Origin: Cyanophora paradoxa CCMP329
Lineage: Eukaryota > Plantae > Glaucophyta
DNA length: 64,000 nucleotides
NCBI GenBank assembly: GCA_004431415.1
Contig: QPMI01000459.1
Location: 1 to 64,000, forward strand
Direction: 5' to 3'
Shown here: one piece after another, positions 20,789 through 30,984 of the stretch
Numbering within the stretch: the stretch's first letter is position 1
How the letters are laid out: every line of letters begins with the position of its first letter
Made by a program: the position numbers and the translations under genes
Notes under the pieces: model-generated
The model's input: only the letters and a program-made list of their open reading frames with translations
What the model was told of the DNA's origin: nothing
Database searches by the model: none

Positions 20789-20861
20789 TTTCGATCGATT
20801 TCACGCGTGAAAAACGCACTTTTCGGCCTTTTCGCATTTATTTTCTCTACCCCGGCCCAAA

Positions 20862-20999
20862 ATGGACCCCCTCCCCGAAATCGCGATCGAAAATGGTCGC
20901 GATCGTCTCGTTTTCGCGATCGTCGTGATCGGAATCGTCATCGCGATCGTCGCGATCATGGTGATCACCAGCCTCGTCTACGGTACCCCCCAGCTGTGA
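20862..20999 (+). CDS. 45-aa single-pass membrane microprotein (below the ORF-track cutoff)
   Basis: MDPLPEIAIENGRDRLVFAIVVIGIVIAIVAIMVITSLVYGTPQL*; ATG 18 nt after ATTTTCTC, AAAATG context. Confidence 0.7.
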   Translation: MDPLPEIAIENGRDRLVFAIVVIGIVIAIVAIMVITSLVYGTPQL

Positions 21000-21001
21000 C
21001 C

Positions 21002-21022
21002 CGGAGGTTATAAGAACCTCCG
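21002..21022. terminator. Perfect hairpin just after the last viral stop codon
   Basis: cggaggtt-ataag-aacctccg (8-bp stem, 5-nt loop). Confidence 0.4.
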
Positions 21023-21133
21023 CAATCCAAGCGTCACTTCCGAGTCTCGAGCTCTCGGAGTTGCCTTTTCGCGTTTGGCCCATTGATGGCCCTCTTATAT
21101 ATATTTGCGTGACCGCGGATCTCCCGTCTGCAG

Positions 21134-22328
21134 GGGTGGACAACCCAATGTCGATGGTGGGAAAGCGCATGGACTTCATTGTCTCCATACCCTTCCTCCA
21201 GAACATTCCAGCTCAGAACTGCAACAAGGTACTCGCGGCATTCTAGATCTGCCAAGCCCTCGCCTACCATGTGCACTCACGAATATTAATGCGGTCTCCC
21301 CGGTGCACGTGGTAGGTGCGGGTCACTTATCGAATTTACACTGGCGATGAAGAATACAGCACCGAATACTTCGCGACGCGGAGCACAAATCCCGCCTTCA
21401 ACTACAGGTACTTACCTTTATAAACTGCCTTTAAATCTACTGCCATGATTGATAATCTCAAAAAACTCTACTTTTAATTTAACCATAAATGCTGATACAC
21501 ACACACTCGAGTATTTTGTAGCTGACCGCGTGATCAATGACGTCGACAGGCGGCAGTTCACCATCGACCCCGTCACCGCCGATTTCGTCCGCTACCTCAA
21601 GAGCGATGGTGCGCCCCCCCATACCCAACGCTTAATTACGCACTTTAAATTTGTTTGAGCTATGTTCGAATTCTGACCATGATCTAACCATACCTTTGGA
21701 GCAGCGATAACATTCCGAGTGACGGGGCAGCCGGACGCGACTGAGCCGACGCCGTTCGACGCGAAGTGGGCTGCAGCGACCACGAGCGGCCGCTCCGGCG
21801 CGCGCTTCCGCACCGCCGCCGCTCTGGCTCCGGCCGCGCACCACGTCAACGAGGCCGTCCTAAGCGAACTGCAGGCGCTGAAGCGCGAGAAGGTTTACAT
21901 ATATAAACCTGCTATATATGGCGCTCCCTGGGTATTTCCATAAATTTATTGAGCATTACGTTGCGCAGGAGGCGATGCAACGGGAGCTGGAGGAGGTGCG
22001 CCGCGCGAAGGCGGTGCCGGTACCGGTGCCGCCGCCTGCGCCAGCGAAGCCAGCAGTACCTCCAGCGGTCAAAGAGGAGCTGGAAAAGGAGCGGAAAAAA
22101 GCGGCGGCTCTGGCAGCGGAGGTGGCGAAGAAAGAAAAGGAGCTGCAAATGCTGCGGTCCAAGGCAGCGCAGCTGGAGGCGATGGTAGAAAAGCTGCAGC
22201 AAGCTGAGAAGAAGATGACCATAGCAGTGGAGTCAATGACGACCGAGACCACGCTTAAAGTAGCGAGCAAGAGCGAAGGCGCCGGCTCTAGAAAGAGCGA
22301 AGGCTCCAAGGTCTGCTCCATTCAGTAG
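21134..22328 (+). CDS. 3' five exons of a host kinesin-3 (KIF28/KLP-6-like) C2 domain + coiled coil + CaaX; 5' part absent
   Basis: Spliced exons (21134-21228, 21316-21407, 21550-21608, ~21704-21892, 21969-22328) read VDNPMSMVGKRMDFIVSI...VRVTYRIYTGDEEYST...TNPAFNY..QFTIDPVTADFVRYLKSD.AITFRVTG; ends SKVCSIQ*. Confidence 0.65.
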
Positions 22329-22677
22329 ACCAATATTAATCGCAATTTAGTGATGCGTCGAATTGATATATATTCGAATTCGAATTCTACATGGAGCTGC
22401 GCCTAGGCCTCCAGCGCCCTCCACATTTCGTATGCATGAGTTTGTATTTTCAGTATGCCGAGCCCCGGCTCGAGTTTTCGCAAACTCGTTAGAGCGAGCA
22501 ATGTAAACGTATGTCACTGTCAGCGTGTGCATTTCGTAACTTAGTAATGTATTATTTTACGTACGAATAGCTGTAGCGAGGACCAAGCAGCAGAGCGCGT
22601 TTCGATTTTTGCAATTAATAGAGTCTGCAATAAGATACGTTTCTTTGCAAGCTTAATATAAATTGCAAGTCTGCAAT

Positions 22678-23085
22678 TCACGCGAAGTAGAATTTGTGGA
22701 ACGGGTTGTACATGTATTCGTTTTCGCGTACTTTCTTCATTTCGACCTCGACTTTCGCGCCCTGGGAGTTCTCCATCTGCAGAGCGCGCGCACGCGCTTC
22801 CAGCTGCCGCAGTGCATACGGTGTTAGCTCTAGAAGCTTAAGGGGTTTCGAATTCGCCTCTAGATCTAGAAAAACAGTAATGTGTTCTTAATCGCAAGAA
22901 TGCATACGTACACGTGCGCACATCGTCGACGTCCTGCTCGAGCACGGTCGTCCGCAGCCGTTGCAGGCGGCCGCAGATCTAGAGGGCGGCTGCGACATCA
23001 ACGTTAACGAGCAGCGGGGGGGCGCAGCTTCCCGTACACAGCAAGCTCCCGGAGGCTCGTCATGTCCGACTGGATGCGCTGAGAT
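22678..23085 (-). CDS. Probable 3' exons of a small host gene, product unknown
   Basis: Spliceable segments SQRIQSDMTSLREL / ICGRLQRLRTTVLEQDVDD / ELTPYALRQLEARARAL...KFYFA*. Confidence 0.3.
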
Positions 23086-24364
23086 CGAGAGCGATTAATG
23101 GGGGGCGCTGTTGGTCGCAAGAAGCTTTTTCAAGCTAAAGAGGAGAATTAAATGCGACCATTGTCAAGGCGTGATTGCGCACTGCCTCGGACAGTGCGCG
23201 GCCCCTGCTAGCGCCTCCTAGCTTAGAGACTGCAGGTGCTTCGGGCTCGAGAATGTTCCAGAATGTTCCACGTTCATACAACATCTTTCTACCCATCTAA
23301 AAGTGTCTAGCTACGACTGGAGACGAGCTCTTTATACGTCTGGACTACGCTCCGTATGATGTGAGGCTCAGATCACATGGAGCTCAGATCATATCAGCCT
23401 CACTTGAATCAGAAACGCCCAGGAGCACAAGTCAGTCCCTGGTACGATCCTAGTACGTACCTGGTACGCTCCTAATACGAGCATGGTACGTTCCTTGTAC
23501 TTATGGTCCCTCCTTCCGACCAGAACATGTACACCATACCGCAAGAAGGGGAGAACGGGATGTCCGGATGTTAATAACGTAAACGTCGAACGCATAGTCG
23601 ACTTCGCTATCGCGCGTTGCTCGGAGCTCAGTGAGGGGGAGCTGCAGCGCTAGCGCCGCGGCGCTAGCTGCGAGAGGGCCCGCCAGCGCCGCTTGCGCCG
23701 GCGCCATCCTCGGAAAGCCTGGCGCGGCGCCGGCAGGGTACGGGCACGCCGTGACGGGGCTCCAATCATGGCAATCATTTGAATCCGAAACGCCGAGCCG
23801 AGATCTAGAGTGCTAGCGCTGCGAGAGCCTCCGGAGATATCGCAATCGATATAGATCTAGACTCGGGCCGGGCCGAGTCGTGTGTCCGGGACGAGCACTG
23901 GCAGCTTGTAAATGAATTCGCACACACCGAGACAAATGGCTAGAGATATAGCTGAGGTGTCCATCTGTGTCAAGTCGAGAGATGAACCTACGGGACTAAG
24001 CCTTTCGGACATCGGACCGGGTGGAGCTCGGATATGGAAATAACTGGAGACGCTACCCCGGGGACTAAGTCTAGAGCTGCAGCACAGGAAAGATCCTACG
24101 CGGGAAAGGGAGTGACTACCCAGGGACGAGAATAGAGATCAGAGGTGGGCAGCGAAGTGAGCTGCAGCTGTAGCTAGCGCTATGCCTAGTAAGCTAGGGC
24201 CTCCGAGAAGGCGCACTATAATCTAAACCACTCTGTACACGCTTCACGGTTGCTTCACGTGGTTCAGTGAGAGGGATCATACTCAGCCAAGAATTGGCGT
24301 AGAGGTCGTCGGGGCCCGGGCGGGCTAAGTCGGCTTAACCGGGGTACAGCGCCAACCGAGAGCG

Positions 24365-27300
24365 ATGAGGCGAAGGAGGAGGGAGGACGTGCGGGCCTCG
24401 CCGGCGGCCGGCACGCCGCCGCCGGTTGCCGATGAGGCGGAGGAACCGCCGAAACCGCTCCCGACCCGCTACGCCTTCCGCGCGTGGTCCGCGGACGACG
24501 GAGCGCCGGTGCCGTACTTGGAGGACTCCTACGCGCAGCGGCACGCCTTTGCTGCGCTTCGGAAGCGCTACGTCGCGCGCAGCTCACGCTCGCGCAGAGA
24601 GCTCCGGCTGCTCTGCGGCCTGGTCTTCTGCGTGTCGCTGGCGGTCTACGTCCGCTGCCTCTACCCTTCGGTGCCTGGCGGCGACAGCGGGGAGCTCATT
24701 CTCTCCGCGTGCAGACTCGGCATCGCCCACCCGCCGGGTTCGCGCCGCGGCGGCGCCTTCTCGGCCGCCGCCGCCGCGAGCTGAGCCGATTGCCGCCGCG
24801 CAGGCTACCCGACGTTCGTAATGCTCGGCCGGCTCTTCATCGAGCTGTTCCGGCCCTTCGGCAGCGTCGCCTGGCGCATGAACCTGATGAGCGCCGTGCT
24901 GGGCGCCTCCTCGAGCGCGGGGCTGCTGGCAGCGGCGGCCACGTGGACGCAGAACCACCCGGCGGCCCTCCTCGGCGCGCTGATGTGGGCCTTCTCGCCC
25001 CTCGCGTGGCTCTACTCAACGCAGGCGCGCCGTCGCCGCCCGCCGAGCGCGATCAAATCTCATCGACACGCGCAGGCCGAGGTTTTCGCGCTGAACAATG
25101 CGATTGTTTCCGTGTTCCTTTACTTCTTCATTCGGTACCTGAAGTACCGCGAGCGGTGCGCGCGGATCAAATCTGCGGTTTGAATTCGAATCGCTCGCTT
25201 GCGATCGGATCGAGCCAGGTGGGTCGCCTACGCCGGGGCGTTCACCTTCGGCGTTGGGGGTACCAACCAGCACACCATCGTCCTCTTCGGCATCCCCATG
25301 GCGCGTCCACGCTGTACCCCCCTCCCCCCTCCTCCCCCCGTCGCCCCTAACGCCGCGTACCCCCTCCCCCCCTCCTCCCAGGCGCTCTGCGTCCTGTGGG
25401 CGGGGCGGCGGGACCTGTGGAACTTCCCCGCCCTCCTCCGCTTCGGCCTGCTCTTCGCGGGGGGTATGGCGCCCTACGCCTACATGCCCTTCGGCTCCTG
25501 GCACGCCCCGGAGGGCGCGTACCCCCCTCCAACTTCCGCCCCCCTCCAGGCCTCCCTGAGGCCGCCGCCTTAGGGTCCTGGGGCGACATCACGACGCCGG
25601 CGGGCTTCGTTCGCCACTTCCTGCGCTCGGAGTACGGCACGTTCCGCCTCGCCAACATGGACGAGAAGTGCGCCCCAACCCCCCTCCCGCCTCCTCTCAT
25701 TCGATCGCTCTGCCCTCCGAGTTCTCACCGCTGACGGGCTCTACCCCCCCTTTCCTCCCCCCCCCCCCCCCCCCCCCCAGGTCGAACCTGGGCGCGGTGC
25801 TGGAGCGGCTGGCCCTCTACGCGCGCAACCTCGCGCCCCAGGCCACGTACCCCGGCTACGCGTGCGCCCTGTCCCGCGCCGCGCCCCCCTAGGAGGGAAG
25901 GCGGCGGCTAGGCTATGCTTCTCTGGGGCGGCCCGAGGGGACGCCGCCCCCTGCCTCGTACAAACGGCCTTCCGCCGCCGCCTGCTGAACGGACGTCCCT
26001 CCACGGGCTCCCGCCTCGTCTGAACGCCGCCCCCTGCTTCTCATAATCGGCCTTCGTCAAAAGCATCTCAGAAGCCCACAGCGAGAACCAACTCAGAACC
26101 TCAGATCCTCCTCCTCCTTCTAGACGGCCTTCGTTCTCCTCCGCCTGCCGCCTGCTGAACGAATCGTCCCCTCCGCAGGCTCGCGGCGGTGGGCTTCATG
26201 CGGATCTTCCGCGTGACGGCGGCGCCGCACCCGCGGGACGGGCCCGATCGCCTCCTCCCCGTCGGCCGCGCCCTCCTCCTCACGTGCGCCCGCCCGCCCT
26301 CTCTCTCTCCCTCCCTCCCTCCCTCCCTCCTGCCGCGCCTGGGGCGGCCCTGAAGCCCGAAGCTGAGGGGCCCCTGTACCCCGCCCCCTCTCCTCCTCTC
26401 CTTAGGCTCGCGGTCGTCGAGCCCCTAGAGCCTCTACCCCCCCCCCTGACGCGTACCCCCAGGTACGCGTTCTACATGGCGGTCTTCAACTACCTGGCGA
26501 ACCTCCCGCTCGAGAAGGAGCAGTTCCAGGGCATCTTCGCCCGCTTCTGGATGCAGGCGCGCGAGCGAGCGAGCGCGGGGCGGGGGAGGGGGGCTGGCTG
26601 ATCTTATCCTAAGATTCTTAGTCCCTGTCGGCCCAGGGCTTAGTCCCCGTCGCGATCTAACTCCCCCGCGCGCAGCCGAACCTGGTCTTCTTCTCGTGGC
26701 TGGCGTGCGGGGCGGCCGACCTCTCCGAAATCGCCGCCGGCTTCTCCGGCCTCCTCGGAGCGGTGCGTTCCGCCTCCTTTCAGGCTTTCTCCGCCTGGAG
26801 CTGTCTGCAGAGGCTTCGAGGCTGAGGAGGGTCCGGGGCCGCAGGCGGAGGGCGAGGAGGAGGAGGAAGGGGAGCGGCGGGCGCGGGGGAAGAAGAGGAA
26901 GGAGGAGGAGAAGGGCGGCGGGGCCGGGACGGGCCGCCCCAGGAAGGGTGGCGCGGGCCGCGCGCGGCTGGCGCAGGCCGCGCTCCTGCTCGCCTGCGTC
27001 GCCCTCCCCGCATTCCAGGCGAGCTCTCTTCTTCATTGTAGGTTAACCGGCCGCCCCGTCTCTGACTCTCGCGGGCTGGCAGGCGGCGCGGCACTGGCAC
27101 AGCTCGGACTTCCACTCCTCCCGCCACATCGAGCAGGTGCCGCCGCTGTTTGCTTTGCTTCCCCGTCTGCTTCGCTGTTCGCTCTGACGCCGCCTCGGCA
27201 GTTCGGGCGGGGCCTGCTGGCGCCGCTGCCGGCCAACGCGACGCTCCTCACGAAGGGCGATCTCATCGTCAACAGCGCCCGCTACGTCCAGGCCCGCCCC

Positions 27301-29270
27301 GCCCCGCCCCGGCTTCTTATCAAAGATTTACCAATACCAAGGTTTCCTAGTAGCAAGTTTGCAATCTTTAATTGCAATCTTAGCAAGTTTAACTGCTTTT
27401 TCTTGCCCTATGATTTGGTCGACAGCGCCCGCTACGTCCAGGCCCGCCCCGGCTTCCTGTCCTCTTTCTTAGGCGCTCATTCTTATCGCGACCCGCCCTG
27501 CTTCCTACCTCCCAGCTTTTTCCTTCCTAGGTGCTCTTTCTTACCTCCCTCCGACCCGGCAGCTGTGCGAGGGCTTCCGACCCGACATCGCCATCCTCGA
27601 CCAGGTGCCCTTGTACCCCCCCTCCCGCTCCAAGTTCTCTTAGTGGAAAGAGGAAAGCTGAGCCGGCCTCCCCCCCCCCCCCCCCCCCTCCCCCCCATCC
27701 CCCGCAGGAGCTGATGAGCCTCAAGTGGTTCCGCCGCGTACGCCCCTTCTTCGAGCCCAACGTCAAGCGCGCCGTACCCCCCGCCCGCCCTCCCCGCCCC
27801 GTAACCCGTACCACGTCCCCCGCAGGTTCCCCGGCACGCACTACCACCCCCGGGAGCGGTGCTCTCCCTTCCTAATTATAACTCCCCCTCACTCCCACCT
27901 CCCCCCCCCCTTCCGAGCTCACTGTACCCCAGGGGCGCGTTCACGATGAAGTCGCTGATTGACTCGAACTACCGCGGCCCCGACTCCGTCTTCATGGCCG
28001 GCGGCTGGAAGGTCCGATCCCGTACCCCCCAAAGCTACGGTCCTTCGGAGCTGATTTGATCGCAGGAGGACCCCGACACGCGGCACCAGAACGAGTTCCA
28101 GCTCGTGCGTACCCCGCGCGCCTCCGTTCTGTACCCAATCTCATCGCTGTACCCGCCGCAGATCCCGTACGGCCTCGTCAGCCGCCTCGTGCGCAAGTCG
28201 GACTACCCCAGCGGGATCTCCTTCGAGGCGAGCCCGTACCCCCCGCTCGATCCTTCCCTCCTCGCTCAGCGCGCACCCCCGCAGGCGTGGAAGGAGTACA
28301 TGGAGCTCGCCGACAAGGCGACGGTACCCCCGTCCTCCTTCCCCTTCCCTCTCGACCGCAAGAAGGTGCGAGGGCGGCGTTGTTCTGCTACCGTACCCCG
28401 GCCCTCGCCGACGTACCCCCCTCAGTTCGGCCCCGAGACGTGGGAGCACGTGGTCGACAACGACTACTGGGAGGCCCGCCGTGCGCCCTGTACCCCTGGG
28501 CCTTCCTGGCCCCCCCTATCCCCGACTCCGTACCCCCTCTCTTGCGGCAGATCGGAAGGGGTACGAGACGCTGATGTGGGCCATCGAGCGCAACAATCAC
28601 GAGGAGGCCCTCGTGTGCGTCTGTACCCGACTTTTGGCTTTCATCCCCCCCTCTTTTTCCATCCCCTCCTCTGATGACGTACCCCAGGCTGGCGGCCCGG
28701 CTCCTTGAGCGGGAGGAGAAGGAGAACCCCACTCAGCCCGACCACATTTACAAGGCGGGCGTACCCCCTCCAGCCCAGTGCCCCGCCCCGCTGAACGCCG
28801 TACCCCCGCAGAACCTCGGCATCACGTACGGCCGGCTGGCGCAGATCGACGGCGTGAAGTACGTACCCCTCATGATCAGGCACTTCGGGACCTACATCGA
28901 GCGGGCGCGCCCCTCTCTCTTGTCTCCTTGTACCCCTCCCCCTATCGAGCCGGTCCGAGGTACAGGCGGAGCGGGCCAAGGAGGCGGACAAGGACCTGAA
29001 GGTCATCAAGGACACCGTCGAGCACGCCCGCCAGTCCATGAAGTCCTGGGAGGGGTACGCTGTTTCGGGGAAGGGGGGGGTACGCCGGGCCTTGCCGATC
29101 CGCCGGGGCGCAGGGCGGCTGGGGCGGGGCAGGGCCAGGCGCAGGCGACGGCGGCGCCGGCTCCGGCGGCGGCAGAGAAGGAAGCAGAGGCGGCGTCAAC
29201 AGAGGCCCCAGCAGCCGCGGGCGGCAAGCGCCGGCCGCGCGGCAAAAAGATCGGCGACACGCCGGGATAG
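24365..29270 (+). CDS. TMEM260: TMEM260/DUF2723 protein O-mannosyltransferase, multi-exon
   Basis: [13 protein letters not shown]...[53 protein letters not shown]...[31 protein letters not shown]. Confidence 0.92.
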
Positions 29271-30984
29271 GTCCCTGGCCGATTTTGCGAATTGTTTCAG
29301 TCTCTTTGTTAGTAAGTGTAAGCTGCTGAGCTCCAACATGCAAGGCTTTACTGAAAGGTTAGTTTCACTGAATCAGCGATCGCGGGTCATGATTAGTCAC
29401 AGCGGAGAAGCTGCGCGTGCGGACCGGAAGCTCTGGATCTTACGCAACTTAAACTCAGCTCTAAGTTAAATTGGCAACTTATTCAATGATTGGCAACTTG
29501 GCAAGCCTGAAGCGCCCAAGACGGACCTAACTCATGATCATCGGATCAGCCCCGCTTCTTCAAAGCCTAAGCCTGGCATCGGGCAGGCCTGGCTCTGATC
29601 ATGACCTGCGGCAGCGGCAGCCGGGCCCGGGGCCCGGCTGAAACAAAGAGACTGAAACTGCATGCGCAGCCGGCAGATGGCCCGGCCCCCAGCGACCGCG
29701 GGCCGGGGCTCAAGAGAGCTTGCTCAGCGGCTGGTGGCCAATGCACTGCGGCATATGATCAATGATCAAGGACATCATCATGATCAATGATATATATCGA
29801 TCCCGGGCTGCCCGGGGCCCGGCCGCCCGGCCCGCGGTCCATTCGAATTGCCATCGATATCCGGTACGCCGTGATCATGACGGTGGCCTGCCGGTCACGC
29901 GTACGGGCCCCAATTCCCGGGCCCGGCAGTGGGCCTGGGGCCCGGCGGTCGAGCCGGGGGCTCCGAGCTCGAGGCCCCCGGGCTCCCTCCCCTCAGGGCC
30001 TACCCCTCCCTGGGCCCCTCCCCCGCGCGCCAGGGCCGGGCCAGTTCACACTTCCTCACAGCAACTTCCGAAGTTCATTACGCGGCGGGCTCCCCGAGGC
30101 CAGGGCAGCGGCGCCGATATATGGATCGCGGAGCCCGTCCTGCCCGGGCCCGGGGCTGCGCCGCGGCGACCCGGCGGGAATTCGAACAGCGGAGAAGCCC
30201 CGGATGGACGACCAGCGCGCCGGGCAGCCATATATAGCCAGGGCCTCCAGGGTCTGGGAGCTCGAGCGGGGCGGGAGGCCCGAGGCGGCGCCTCTTTGCC
30301 GGCTCGCCCCCCTCCGCCAGCGCCTGGAGCATGGGGTCGAGCTCGAGTCAGCGAGGCCAGCTGCTCGGGGCGAGCGGGCGAGAGTGACCATGGCGGCTGC
30401 GGCGCGGCCGCGGACGGACCTCGCTCTTCTCACCTTGCTGGACCGCGATCATGAATCACGGAGAGAGGGACTGCCTCGCGTGCCCCGACGCAGCCGCCAG
30501 GCCTAGGCTGGGTTCTCCGCCTCCGCCGTCGAACTTCTTGCGCCCGCTTCCGCCCCCGACGGTATAGGTCTGCGCGCGCGCATCGATTTCATGGCATGAA
30601 GCGCACCGGCGCGCCGCATGAAGCGATGCGCACCGAGCCTCGCTGCATTCTCGTCGATAGTTCGCGCGCACGCGCGCGGCTTGCGCACGGCGCTGCAGTG
30701 GCGGCATGCGGATGCTGTTCGAGCATTGCTTCCTCGCTCGATGTCTTTGTCTAAATCGCTTTAGCTACCCGTCCGCTCGTCCGTGTGCGTATGCGGTGGC
30801 ATTTCCGAGCACGCCAGTCGCTCCTAGATAGATGCGTTGCATCGGTCAACCGCAGCATCACGGCCCACGCTGCCCGCCCGCCGCATCACGCCGCTACCGG
30901 GATTTGAAAGTTGGCTGACGCGGGGTACAAGGCCACATTACGAACCGATCGGCCGCTCGCCCTGCGGCTGGGCGCGTCGGGGAG

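Larger units (their letters stand above)
1..21050. mobile_element. Endogenous viral element, mriyavirus-like (small Nucleocytoviricota relative); left part outside the window, right junction approximate (21,023-21,110)
   Basis: Densely packed, essentially intron-free ORFs with 10-40 nt spacers; A32 ATPase + VLTF3 + two HUH endonucleases + fibre proteins; shared upstream motif; abrupt switch to intron-rich host genes after ~21.1 kb. Confidence 0.85.

Noticed and set aside
20880-20966. Dense GCGATC/GATC cluster as an origin or methylation array
   Set aside because: Explained by Ala-Ile/Val-Ile codons of the 45-aa membrane ORF 20862..20999.
1-21050. Polinton, virophage or prophage classification
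   Set aside because: No pPolB, rve integrase, protease, terminase or portal seen; VLTF3 plus HUH proteins point to mriyaviruses. Phage-like similarity is limited to fibre modules.
29300-30980. Overlapping 200+ aa ORFs upstream of the GMC gene
   Set aside because: Arg/Pro/Gly/Ala-rich shadow frames expected at this GC content; no recognisable motif.
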